Position numbers and translations under genes: made by a program
Notes under the pieces: model-generated
Told to the model about the DNA's origin: nothing
Databases searched by the model: none
What the model saw: the letters and a program-made list of their open reading frames with translations, nothing else
Part shown: positions 1 through 10,873 of the stretch, piece by piece
Layout of the letters: every line of letters begins with the position of its first letter
Position numbering within the stretch: position 1 is the stretch's first letter
Origin: Acidobacteriota bacterium
GTDB lineage: Bacteria > Acidobacteriota > CAIWXX01
Direction: 5' to 3'
DNA length: 57,997 nt
Assembly (NCBI GenBank): GCA_040755995.1
Contig: JBFMAF010000019.1
Span: 1 to 57,997 of the forward strand

Positions 1-139
1 GTCAAGTTTGCCACGTCGCGTCATTCGCTCTGAATTCCCACGCTAGTCACTCCCAACTCTCGACTGTCGACTCTCGACGCGAGGCGGGGCCAAAGCGGCC
101 TGGCATGGTTCATCGGTCTGAGGCCCCCACCTCGCTAGT

Positions 140-2299
140 ATGCGCCTGCGAATGAGCCTGTCGAAGCAGATCCTGATCGGATTGCTTCTTGGCGTCGCAA
201 CCGGTCTGTTCCTCGGGGAGATGGTCTCGCCGCTGCGGACCGTGGCGGAGATTTTCATCCAGCTGCTTCAGATGACTGTGCTGCCGTACGTGACAGTGTC
301 GCTCATCTCCGGTCTGGGGAGCCTGACCCTGCGACAGGCTCGCATGATGCTGACCAGGGTGGGAGGGCTCCTGCTGCTCCTCTGGGCTCTCACCTTCGTG
401 ATGGTCTTCCTCATGCCATGGGCGTTTCCGGACTGGGAGTCCGCGTCGTTCTTCAGCACGTCTCTTGTGGAAACGAGGGAGCCCCTCGATTTCGTCGGCC
501 TCTATATCCCGTCGAACCCTTTCCACTCTCTTGCCAACAACGTTGTGCCTGCTGTCGTGCTTTTCAGCGTGTTCCTGGGCCTGGCTCTCATCCGTGTGGA
601 GAACAAGGACCTCTTGATCGGCTGGCTTGGTGTCGCTGCCAAGGCAATCAACGAGGTGACGCACTTCATCGTCCGTCTGACACCCATCGGCCTGTTCGCC
701 ATCGGAGCGCACATCGCCGGCACGCTTCGTGTGGAGGAGCTCGAGCGGGTTCAGGTCTACCTCATACTCTATGGAGCGTCCGCGCTGCTACTGATGTTGT
801 GGATCCTGCCCGGGCTGGTGAGCGCCCTGACCCCGGTGCCCTACAAGGAGCTCCTCGGACTCTCGCGCGACGCGCTCATCACCGCTTTCATGACCGGCAA
901 TCTGTTCGTGGTTCTGCCGATCCTGAGCCAGACCGGCAAGGACCTGATCCGGCGACATATTCCCGATCATCCCGACGCTGTTGCGCTTCCCGACGTCATT
1001 GTTCCGGCGTCCTTCAACTTCCCTCATGCAGGGAAGATTCTGACGCTCAGCTTCATCCTGTTTGCCGGATGGTTCTCCGATGTCTCGCTCTCGCTCCCCG
1101 ACAAGGTGAGGCTCTTCTTCACCGGAACGCTGAGTTTCTTCGGGAGCGTCAACGTGGCCGCTCCCTATCTCCTGGACCTGTTCCGAATCCCGATCGACAC
1201 CTTTCAGCTTTTCCTGGCAACCAGCGTCGTCAACGCCCGATTCGGAAGCGGGATCGCCGCCATGCACACGCTGGCGCTCGCGGTGCTCGGCGCCAGCGCG
1301 CTCTCGGGGGCGCTCCATTTTCAGCGGCGCAAGGTCGTGCGGTTCGCGACTATCACGCTTGCGCTCCTGCTGGTGGTTTTTGGAGGATTCCGCTTCTTCT
1401 TCGGACGCGTCCTGGCAGGAGACTATACAAAAGACAAGCTGCTCCTGGGCATGGGTCCGCTCCACAAGTCGGTGCCTGAGGTCATCCACCGGGACGGTTT
1501 CCGCCCACTGCCGGATGCCGACAGGCAGTCTTCGTTGCTGGACCGGATCCGCGCCCGCGGCGTCCTGAGAGTCGGCTACTTCCCTGCGGCACTCCCGTAT
1601 GCCTTTTTCAACAGCCGCGGGGAGCTCGTCGGTTTTGACATCGACATGGCACAGCTCCTGGCGAAGGATCTGGGAACGAGCCTGGAGTTCGTCGCCCTGG
1701 AGCCGGCGGGCGCGATGGACGCTCTGAGAGCGGGAGAGTGCGACATAATCATGACCGGGTTCGCTCTCACTCCCGAAAGAGCCGCAGAGGCGGCCTTCTG
1801 CGATTCGCATATGCGCGAGAACACCGCATTCGTAGTTTTCGATCACCGCCGGGATGATTTCCTGACGTGGGATTCCGTGCACAGCATCGAGCATTTGAGA
1901 TTGGCGGTTCCAGACCTGCCCTACTACGTGGCCAAGATGAGAGAAGAGCTTCCCGACGCCGAGCTGATCCCGGTCAGATCGATTGAGGAGTTCATGAAGG
2001 AGGGATCGGACGCGGCCGACGCGCTTGTGCTCTCGGCCGAGCGGGGCTCGGCCTGGTGCCTCCTTTATCCAAACTACTCGGTCGTGGTTCCCCGCCCCTC
2101 CGCCGGCTCGATCCCGCTTGCCTACCCCATATCCGACACCGACCCGGTGTTCATCAACTTCCTCAATGCCTGGCTCGAGCTGAAGAAAGGCGACGGGACC
2201 ATCCAGTCCCTCTACGACCACTGGATTCTCGGGAAAGATGCCCAGAGCGGCGGCCCGCGCTGGTGCGTGATCCGCGACGTGCTCCACTGGACGGATTGA
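140..2299 (+). CDS. Dicarboxylate/amino acid:cation symporter (DAACS) fused to a C-terminal family-3 solute-binding domain
   Basis: N-terminal ~420 aa is polytopic, with DAACS-like segments (FIQLLQMTVLPYV, PSNPFHSL, LTPIGLFA). The C-terminus has SBP_bac_3 motifs (RGVLRVG, GFDIDMAQLLAKDLG). The start may be 152. Confidence 0.85.
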   Translation: MRLRMSLSKQILIGLLLGVATGLFLGEMVSPLRTVAEIFIQLLQMTVLPYVTVSLISGLGSLTLRQARMMLTRVGGLLLLLWALTFVMVFLMPWAFPDWESASFFSTSLVETREPLDFVGLYIPSNPFHSLANNVVPAVVLFSVFLGLALIRVENKDLLIGWLGVAAKAINEVTHFIVRLTPIGLFAIGAHIAGTLRVEELERVQVYLILYGASALLLMLWILPGLVSALTPVPYKELLGLSRDALITAFMTGNLFVVLPILSQTGKDLIRRHIPDHPDAVALPDVIVPASFNFPHAGKILTLSFILFAGWFSDVSLSLPDKVRLFFTGTLSFFGSVNVAAPYLLDLFRIPIDTFQLFLATSVVNARFGSGIAAMHTLALAVLGASALSGALHFQRRKVVRFATITLALLLVVFGGFRFFFGRVLAGDYTKDKLLLGMGPLHKSVPEVIHRDGFRPLPDADRQSSLLDRIRARGVLRVGYFPAALPYAFFNSRGELVGFDIDMAQLLAKDLGTSLEFVALEPAGAMDALRAGECDIIMTGFALTPERAAEAAFCDSHMRENTAFVVFDHRRDDFLTWDSVHSIEHLRLAVPDLPYYVAKMREELPDAELIPVRSIEEFMKEGSDAADALVLSAERGSAWCLLYPNYSVVVPRPSAGSIPLAYPISDTDPVFINFLNAWLELKKGDGTIQSLYDHWILGKDAQSGGPRWCVIRDVLHWTD

Positions 2300-2464
2300 C
2301 GTCGCCGTCGTCGTGGACGAACCCCTTGCCGTGGTCGTGGTCGATTACGCCGGCGGAAATCGCCCTACCCGCCGTTTGTCTCACGGTGCTCCATCGCCTG
2401 CGCAGCGCGTCACACACTGCGCCTGCTCGTCGAATCTGTTGTGGACTTGTGACGCGCTGTATAG

Positions 2465-3933
<1,469 letters not shown>

Positions 3934-3960
3934 CGCCCGGCTCATCAACGAGAGGACCCA

Positions 3961-5523
3961 ATGCGTAGCGACACCATGTGGAAAGTCGGGCTCATAGTGG
4001 CCGTGCTGGCCCTGAGCGTCTACTCCCTCTATCCCCCTAAGGACCGCATCAAGCTCGGCCTCGACCTGAAAGGCGGCGTACACCTCGTCATCCAGGTGCA
4101 GACCGACGACGCGCTCAAGGTCCAGGCCGACCAGGAGATCTCGCGCCTGGACGACCGCCTCAGGGGCGAAGCGGTCACGGTCAAGTCGATCCAGCCCGGA
4201 GCGCCCGGACAGATCGTGATCGATGGTGTGGACCCGAAGGACGAGAGCACGATCACACAAGTATTGAAAGATGACTTCTATAATTGGAAATACTCGTCTC
4301 GACCTGGGAGCATACTGGTGGAGATGAAGCCGGAGCTGGTCTCCCAGCTGCGGGAGGACGCCATCGACCAGGCCCTCGAAACCATACGCAAGCGCGTCGA
4401 CCAGTTCGGTGTTGCCGAGCCCTCGGTCCAGCGGCAGGGGCTGACCAGCGACCTCATCCTGGTACAACTTCCCGGTGTCGATGAGCCTCAGCGCGTGAAG
4501 GACCTGATCAGGGTGACCGCGGTCCTCGAGTTGAAGCTGGTGGAGGTGGGTCCGGCTTCCAGCCGGGAGCAGCTCCTGGCGGCCAGCAACGGCGTGCCGC
4601 CTCCGGGCACCGAGGTCGTGCGGGGACAGTCGAAGAATGAGGAGGGCGTGACGACACCGGAATTCTACCTGGTGAGGAAAGTCGCGGCAGTGACAGGCCG
4701 TGACCTGCGAAATGCCAAGCGCAGCGCCGACCAGTACAACCTGCCCGCCGTGAGCTTTACGCTGACGCCCGAAGGCGGCGACAAGTTCGCCAAGGTCACC
4801 GGCGAGAACGTCGGCCGCCAGCTCGCTATCGTGCTCGACGGCCAGGTCGTCTCAGCCCCGCGCATCCAATCGCGCATAGAGGACGAGGGGATCATCGAAG
4901 GAAGCAACTTCACGGTGGAGAGCGCCGAGGACCTGGCCCTGGTGCTTCGCAGCGGCTCGCTGCCGGCCGGCCTTCGGTTCCTCGAAGAGCGCAGCGTCGG
5001 CCCGTCGCTTGGGTGGGACTCCATCCGCAAGGGGCTGCGCGCCTGCCTCATCGCCCTCGGGGGTGTCATCGTGTTCATGCTGGTCTACTACAAGAAGTCC
5101 GGCGTGAACGCGGCCATCGCACTCGCGTTCAACATCGTCATCCTGCTCGGGTGCATGGCCTACTTCCGAGCCATTCTCACGCTGCCGGGCATCGCGGGCG
5201 TCATCCTCGGCATCGGCATGGCGGTCGATGCGAACGTGCTGATCTTCGAGCGCATCCGCGAGGAGCTGCGCCTCGGCAAGACCGTCCGCTCCGCGGTGGC
5301 AGGAGGATTCGGCAAGGCGTTCTGGACGATCTTCGATTCGAATCTGACCACCATCATCGCCGCGGTCTTCCTCTTCCAGTTCGGAAGCGGGCCGATAAAA
5401 GGCTACGCCGTGACCCTGATCATCGGCATCCTCGCAAGCATGTTCACCGCGATCTTCGTGTCCAGGGTCATGTTCGATACAACCCTGAGCACAACGGCGA
5501 AGATCGACAAACTCAGCATCTAG
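3961..5523 (+). CDS. secD: Protein translocase subunit SecD
   Basis: Motifs LGLDLKGG, VGPSLG, LTLPGIAG and GMAVDANVLIFERIREE. Confidence 0.97.
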   Translation: MRSDTMWKVGLIVAVLALSVYSLYPPKDRIKLGLDLKGGVHLVIQVQTDDALKVQADQEISRLDDRLRGEAVTVKSIQPGAPGQIVIDGVDPKDESTITQVLKDDFYNWKYSSRPGSILVEMKPELVSQLREDAIDQALETIRKRVDQFGVAEPSVQRQGLTSDLILVQLPGVDEPQRVKDLIRVTAVLELKLVEVGPASSREQLLAASNGVPPPGTEVVRGQSKNEEGVTTPEFYLVRKVAAVTGRDLRNAKRSADQYNLPAVSFTLTPEGGDKFAKVTGENVGRQLAIVLDGQVVSAPRIQSRIEDEGIIEGSNFTVESAEDLALVLRSGSLPAGLRFLEERSVGPSLGWDSIRKGLRACLIALGGVIVFMLVYYKKSGVNAAIALAFNIVILLGCMAYFRAILTLPGIAGVILGIGMAVDANVLIFERIREELRLGKTVRSAVAGGFGKAFWTIFDSNLTTIIAAVFLFQFGSGPIKGYAVTLIIGILASMFTAIFVSRVMFDTTLSTTAKIDKLSI

Positions 5524-5542
5524 CAGCGGGCGGGAATATTCT

Positions 5543-6721
5543 ATGGAATTCTTCAAAGAGACTCACATCGACTTCATGCGAATCCGCTGGATCACCCTCG
5601 CCGTCTCCCTCGTGGTGATCGCGGCCGGCGGTTTCTCGTATTACAAGAAGGGCGGCTTCAGCTACGGTGTCGACTTCGCCGGCGGCACGATGGTGCAGCT
5701 CAAGTTCAAGTCGCCGCAGGATATCGGCAAGCTGCGCTCGCGCCTCACCGCCATCGGATACGGCGGCAGCCGCATACAGCAGCTCACGGGCGAGAACGAG
5801 TTCATCGTCAAGGTGGAACAGGGCAGCAAGGCGGAGAGCACGATGTCGGAGGCCGAGCTGGATGCCGTTCGCGCAAAGATCGTCGAGGGGTTCGAGAGCG
5901 CCGACGAGCGAAGCCAGCTTGCCGCAGGCAAGGTGGATCTGAACACAATCGGGGCCGACCGTCTCGCTCTGCTCCTCGATCCCATTGTCGCGTCGGCGGG
6001 CGGCAACACGGCGCCCGCCCGCGAGATCGCCGAGAAGATACTCGATGCGCGCAAGACGCCCGGCCTGTTTCACAACCTGGACGAGCTGAAGGCTATTCCG
6101 GGCGTCACCGACGCGGTCTTCACGGGGCTCAAGCAGAAGGTGTTCCTGGGTGAGATGTCAGTCGTCCGGACCGAGATCGTCGGCCCGCAGGTGGGAAAGG
6201 AGCTGAGGCGGAAGGGAATCGGCGCGACGATCGGGGCGCTGGTCGGAATGCTGATCTATATCGCCTTCAGGTTCCAGTTCGTTTACGGAGTCAGCACGAT
6301 CGTCACGCTCACGCACGATGTGCTCGTGACCTGCGGCATGCTGTCGCTGTTCAACTACGATGTCGACCTCACGATCGTGGCGGGCATCCTCACGATTGTC
6401 GGCTTCTCCGTCAATGACACGATCGTCATATTCGACCGCATCCGCGACAACGTGAAGATCATGAAGAAGGACAGCCTTTCGGACATCTGCAACAAGTCGG
6501 TCAACCAGACGCTGAGCCGTACGATCCTTACCTCCGGCACGGTGTTCGTGACTGTCGTGGCGCTGTTCTTCTTCGGCGGGGATGTCATCCATCCGTTCGC
6601 GTTCACCATGCTGGTCGGCGTCATCTCCGGCAGCTACTCCACCATCTACATCTCTTGCCCGATCCTGCTCTGGTGGAAGGAGATCGGCGATTCCTGGAAG
6701 GCGCGTTCCGCCAGACGGTAG
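5543..6721 (+). CDS. secF: Protein translocase subunit SecF with an inserted HhH (ComEA-like) domain
   Basis: Motifs GVDFAGGT, VGPQVGKEL, GFSVNDTIVIFDRIR and SGSYSTI. Insert of about 70 aa in the periplasmic region. Confidence 0.95.
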   Translation: MEFFKETHIDFMRIRWITLAVSLVVIAAGGFSYYKKGGFSYGVDFAGGTMVQLKFKSPQDIGKLRSRLTAIGYGGSRIQQLTGENEFIVKVEQGSKAESTMSEAELDAVRAKIVEGFESADERSQLAAGKVDLNTIGADRLALLLDPIVASAGGNTAPAREIAEKILDARKTPGLFHNLDELKAIPGVTDAVFTGLKQKVFLGEMSVVRTEIVGPQVGKELRRKGIGATIGALVGMLIYIAFRFQFVYGVSTIVTLTHDVLVTCGMLSLFNYDVDLTIVAGILTIVGFSVNDTIVIFDRIRDNVKIMKKDSLSDICNKSVNQTLSRTILTSGTVFVTVVALFFFGGDVIHPFAFTMLVGVISGSYSTIYISCPILLWWKEIGDSWKARSARR

Positions 6722-6779
6722 ACAACGCCGGCGCTGCTGCCTGATCCCGCCTCGGTATCGTGAAGGACGCGGCGCTCCT

Positions 6780-6866
6780 CCGCGTCTCTCTCTCCTTCTG
6801 CGTTTCCCCGTTTCATTCTCCGGTTCTCCGTTTCTTCGCTTCTCCCCTTCCCCGTTTCTCCGCGTC
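6780..6866. repeat. Intergenic pyrimidine-rich degenerate octamer tract (CCGTTTCT/CGTCTC-like)
   Basis: Visible imperfect tandem repeats; the same family occurs at ~10680, ~21650 and ~27290. Confidence 0.6.
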
Positions 6867-6906
6867 GGGGAGCGTACGAGACCGGGTTCTTTTCTGGGCA
6901 CCCCCG

Positions 6907-6934
6907 CTGACATTCCAGCGAGACCTGCTATAAT
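6907..6934 (+). promoter_or_regulatory. Putative sigma-70 promoter (CTGACA-16-TATAAT with extended TGn)
   Basis: Consensus -10 in a GC-rich intergenic region upstream of tonB. Confidence 0.55.
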
Positions 6935-7274
6935 AAGAGGAGGACCTATTGGATCTATAGAAAGGCAGGTGACGAGAACCTGTCGAGGCCGTACGAACGA
7001 GCGGTAGTCTACTTTCCGCCGGTTGGAGATCGCGGCAGCGTCGCCGGCAGAATCTGCGGCGGGGGCTGGAACGTTCTCCATGGCGGAGCAGTTGAATGGG
7101 TGCCGCGAGTGAGCGGAGAGAGCGGCCTGCAGAGGGCCTGGAACATGCGGCGAGAGAAACCAGATCGCGAGAGTGCGCCCAAAAAACGGTTGACTCCGGC
7201 TCGGGGGAGTTGTGCTAGAATAGGGTGTGCTTCCGCCTTTGGGGGTAATTCTGAGGAAAGGTGGGTGATTCATC

Positions 7275-8009
7275 ATGTTCGTAGAATCGATGATCGAGTC
7301 GACTGAGAAGAAGGGCACGACTCGCCGCCCGATAACATTCACGGTGGCTTTGGTCGTCCACCTGGTCATCATCAGTCTGCTGATTGTCATTCCGCTGTTG
7401 GAGAGCACCGATCTGCCCAGGCCGGCGGCTATTGCCGCCTTCTTGACGGCACCGCCACCCCCGCCGCCTCCTCCACCTCCTCCGCCTCCAGCCAAGAAGG
7501 CCGAAGCCACGCCGACGGTGGTGCGCAAGATCGAGGCGCCTGCGCCCGAGCCTGGGAAGCTGGTGGCTCCGACCGAGGTCCCGAAGGAAGTTGTGCAAGA
7601 GGAGATTGACCTTGGAATCGAGGGCGGTGTCGAGGGCGGTGTAGAGGGTGGTGTTGTCGGCGGCGTGATCGGCGGCGTTGTGGGCGGTGTCGTCGGCGGC
7701 GTTGTGGGCGGTGAGGAGCTTACGCCGATCCGCGTCGGCGGAGACATAAAGCCGCCGAAGCTGATCAAGCGGGTCGAGCCGCGCTACCCCGCCATCGCAG
7801 CCGCCGCGCGCGTGCAGGGCACGGTCATAGTCGAGGCGACCACGGATATCAAGGGCAGGGTGATGGACGTGCGCGTGTTGAGGTCGATCCCGCTGCTGGA
7901 TCAAGCCGCCATCGACGCGGTGCGTCAATGGGTGTACACGCCCGTGTATCTCAACGGGAGGCCGCAGCCGGTCATCTTCACGGTTACAGTCACATTTACT
8001 TTGAGATGA
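7275..8009 (+). CDS. tonB: Energy transducer TonB
   Basis: N-terminal TM with His, poly-Pro tract, GGV repeats and a TonB C-domain (YPAIAAAARVQGTV ... AAIDAVRQW). Confidence 0.93.
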   Translation: MFVESMIESTEKKGTTRRPITFTVALVVHLVIISLLIVIPLLESTDLPRPAAIAAFLTAPPPPPPPPPPPPPAKKAEATPTVVRKIEAPAPEPGKLVAPTEVPKEVVQEEIDLGIEGGVEGGVEGGVVGGVIGGVVGGVVGGVVGGEELTPIRVGGDIKPPKLIKRVEPRYPAIAAAARVQGTVIVEATTDIKGRVMDVRVLRSIPLLDQAAIDAVRQWVYTPVYLNGRPQPVIFTVTVTFTLR

Positions 8010-8044
8010 GATAAACCCGCGAGAGGAGATCTACAGGAGGATTT

Positions 8045-8719
8045 ATGGAAACTGGTTTACTGGAAATGCTGGAGTCGATGGGGTGGACGGCGCGTGGAGT
8101 CATGATCGTGTTGGCCATCATGTCGGTCTGGTCGATCGGTATCGCCATTGAGCGATGGCTGACCTTCAGCAAGGCGCGCAAGGAGTCGCGAACGCTGGCT
8201 CCGTATCTTGCGAGGTGCCTGAAGGAGGGTCGTGTGAAGGATGCGATCGACGCCTCGATGAAGAACAGGCATTCTCACCTGGCCAAAGTGCTGGTCGCCG
8301 GGCTGCAGGAGTTCCAGTTCCAGGAAGGTGATGTGGCGGTCGATTTCGATATGCAGATCGAGTCGGCGAAGCGCGCGTTGCAGCGTGCGACGGTGATCGG
8401 CACGCAGGAGTTCAAGCGGGGCCTGAACGGCCTGGCCACGATCGGCTCTACCGCCCCGTTCGTCGGACTCTTCGGGACGGTCGCGGGCATCATCAACTGC
8501 TTCAAGGGCATGGCGCTTACCGGGTCGGGCGGCCTGGGAGCGGTTTCCGCCGGTATCGCCGAGGCGCTGGTCACGACGGGCTTCGGGCTGTTCGTGGCGA
8601 TTCCCGCCGTGTGGTTCTTCAACTACTTCCTCAACAAGATCGAGGTGTTCGGCGCGGAAATGGACAACTCGTCGGCCGAGCTGCTCAACTACTTCTTGAA
8701 GAAGAAGGCGGCGGCATAA
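8045..8719 (+). CDS. exbB: MotA/TolQ/ExbB proton channel
   Basis: Motifs LATIGSTAPFVGLFGTV and GIAEALVTTGFGLFVAIPA. Confidence 0.93.
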   Translation: METGLLEMLESMGWTARGVMIVLAIMSVWSIGIAIERWLTFSKARKESRTLAPYLARCLKEGRVKDAIDASMKNRHSHLAKVLVAGLQEFQFQEGDVAVDFDMQIESAKRALQRATVIGTQEFKRGLNGLATIGSTAPFVGLFGTVAGIINCFKGMALTGSGGLGAVSAGIAEALVTTGFGLFVAIPAVWFFNYFLNKIEVFGAEMDNSSAELLNYFLKKKAAA

Positions 8720-8752
8720 GGGATTCTCAAGCGCCCTGAGAGGAGCGCGGTC

Positions 8753-9184
8753 ATGGGTATGGAGATCGGTGCCGGTGCAACGAAGAGCGAACCCAACGTG
8801 GTTCCGCTCTGCGACATCCTGCTCGTCCTCCTGATCATCTTCATGGTGGTCACGCCGATGATCATCACGGACTACACGGGACAGCTGCCCGGGGCTGTCA
8901 ACGTCGTGAATCAGCCCGAGCCGGCGGAGCATGTCACTCTCGCCCTCCAGAACAACGGTACGGTGCTCATCCAGTCGGGCACGCAGAGGGAGGTCGTCGG
9001 GGACAGGAGCCTGCTGAGGGAGCGGCTTCTCTCGGTGTTGGAAGACCGGACGGACAAAATGATCTACTTCAAGGCCGACAGCCGGATGGACTACGCGCAG
9101 GTAGCAGCGGTCCTCGACGACGTGCGGCGCGCCGGGATCGAGGACGTCGGCGTAGTGGCTGAACGGGCGACAGGTAGGGACTAG
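8753..9184 (+). CDS. exbD: ExbD/TolR family protein (copy 1)
   Basis: EPNVVPLCDILLVLLIIFMV with the conserved TM Asp; FKAD..MDY. Confidence 0.92.
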   Translation: MGMEIGAGATKSEPNVVPLCDILLVLLIIFMVVTPMIITDYTGQLPGAVNVVNQPEPAEHVTLALQNNGTVLIQSGTQREVVGDRSLLRERLLSVLEDRTDKMIYFKADSRMDYAQVAAVLDDVRRAGIEDVGVVAERATGRD

Positions 9185-9224
9185 CCCAGGCCGCGCGAGA
9201 GGGTCACAACAAGGAGTCAGAATC

Positions 9225-9659
9225 ATGGGAATGGACATAGGTGGCGGCGGCGGAATGAAGAGCGAGCCCAACGTGGTTCCGCTCTGCGACATTCTGCTCG
9301 TTCTCCTGATCATCTTCATCGTCGTCACTCCGATGATCGCCAAGGGTGTGGATGTGAATCTGCCCGAGGCTGCCAATACTCTGGACCAGGCCGAGCCCAC
9401 TTCGCACATCACCCTGGGCCTCAAGCGAGACGGTGTAGTGCTTCTACAGTCCGACGGCCTGAACGAGATGGTGACCGACCGGAGTCAGCTCAAGGATAAG
9501 CTCATCTCCATCTTCGAGGGGCGTTCCGACAAGATGATCTTCCTCAAAGCGGATACTGACATGGACTACTCGGAGGTGCTGGCGGTCCTCGACGACGTCA
9601 TGCTCGCGGGCATCGAGGACGTCGGGGTCGTGACCGAGCAGGCGACGGGCAAGGAGTGA
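9225..9659 (+). CDS. exbD: ExbD/TolR family protein (copy 2)
   Basis: Same TM motif; close paralogue of copy 1. Confidence 0.92.
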   Translation: MGMDIGGGGGMKSEPNVVPLCDILLVLLIIFIVVTPMIAKGVDVNLPEAANTLDQAEPTSHITLGLKRDGVVLLQSDGLNEMVTDRSQLKDKLISIFEGRSDKMIFLKADTDMDYSEVLAVLDDVMLAGIEDVGVVTEQATGKE

Positions 9660-9693
9660 GCTCGCGATCGAGGCGCATGCAGGAGTCTGAAAC

Positions 9694-10113
9694 GTGGGAA
9701 TGGATGTGAGTGGCGGATCGGGTCACGTGAAATCAGATCCGAATGTAGTCCCGTTCTGCGACATCCTCTTGGTCTTGCTCATCATCTTTATGGTCGCGAT
9801 CCCCCTGACTCAGAAGGGCATCGATATCAAGCTGCCGATCCCGCCGGACAAGCTGGGTACTACCCCGGACAACCCGATCGTAGTCACCCTGAAGAAGGAT
9901 GGTGTGTTTATCAACGCCGAGATGGTCCCGAGGGACCTGCTTTACGGGCGATTGAGAGAGATATTCATGTTCCGTCCGGAAAAGGCTGCGTTCGTCAAGG
10001 CCGAGGGGCCGGTGAAATACGGTGACGTGGTGGCAGTCATGGACGTGTGCAGGGGGGCCGGCGTCGACACGCTCGGGATCGTCACCCAGAAACCCGCGGA
10101 TAAGCCCGAATAG
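9694..10113 (+). CDS. exbD: ExbD/TolR family protein (copy 3)
   Basis: DPNVVPFCDILLVLLIIFMV; GTG start after GGAG. Confidence 0.92.
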   Translation: MGMDVSGGSGHVKSDPNVVPFCDILLVLLIIFMVAIPLTQKGIDIKLPIPPDKLGTTPDNPIVVTLKKDGVFINAEMVPRDLLYGRLREIFMFRPEKAAFVKAEGPVKYGDVVAVMDVCRGAGVDTLGIVTQKPADKPE

Positions 10114-10133
10114 GGGAATGAGGAGTCTGAAAC

Positions 10134-10559
10134 ATGGGAATGGATGTAAGCAGCGGCACGGGCCACGTGAAGTCCGATCCGAATGTAGTCCCGTTCTGCG
10201 ATATCCTCTTGGTCTTGCTCATCATCTTCATGGTCGCAATCCCGCTGACGCAGAAGGGAATCGATATCAAGCTGCCGGAGCCGAGTCCCGACACCAAGGA
10301 CACGCCAAGGGACACAAACCAGATCGTAGTCACGTTGAAGAAGGACGGGATCTTCGTAAACGCCGAGCAGGTGCAGAGGGATCTTCTCTACACGCGACTG
10401 AGGGAGATCTACGACGTACGGGCGGACAAGACTGCGTTCATCAAAGCCGAAGGGCCGGTGAAGTACGGTGACGTGGTGGCAATCATGGACGTGTGCAGGG
10501 GAGCCGGCATCGACACGCTTGGGATCATCACCGAGAAACCTGCTGAGAGGCCCGAATAG
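10134..10559 (+). CDS. exbD: ExbD/TolR family protein (copy 4)
   Basis: Close paralogue of copy 3, including the shared leader GGAGTCTGAAAC. Confidence 0.92.
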   Translation: MGMDVSSGTGHVKSDPNVVPFCDILLVLLIIFMVAIPLTQKGIDIKLPEPSPDTKDTPRDTNQIVVTLKKDGIFVNAEQVQRDLLYTRLREIYDVRADKTAFIKAEGPVKYGDVVAIMDVCRGAGIDTLGIITEKPAERPE

Positions 10560-10679
10560 CGAAATGACGCGCGGGCGGCCGAGTTCTCCTCCTGGCATGC
10601 CGCCCGCGGCGATTGGCCTCGTCAAGTAGCCGTGCGGGTCCGGTCGACAGCGACTGAGCCCGCGCCTCCCTCCGTGCCG

Positions 10680-10820
10680 TGCGTCTCTCTCTCCGTCTCC
10701 CCGTTTCCCCGATTTCAGCTTCGCCGTTTCTCTCTTTCTCCGTTTCCCCGTTTCGCCGTTTCTCCGTTTTCCGCTTCGCCGTTTCTCCGCTTCTTCCCCC
10801 GTCTCCCCCTCTGCCCCACT
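10680..10820. repeat. Intergenic degenerate octamer tandem repeat (CCGTTTC[T/C/G])
   Basis: ccgtttccccgtttcgccgtttctccgttttccgcttcgccgtttctccg. Confidence 0.75.
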
Positions 10821-10873
10821 TCAAGACGGGCGAACCGTATTCATACTATTCACCACTTCATACTGAGGGCATC

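Noticed and set aside
7440..7712. Poly-Pro and GGV(E/V/I) 12-bp repeats
   Set aside because: These are in-frame low-complexity parts of TonB, not a CRISPR array or independent repeat.
10679..10873. N-terminal extension of the aminotransferase
   Set aside because: It is the translation of an intergenic octamer repeat; the family N-terminus begins at 10874.
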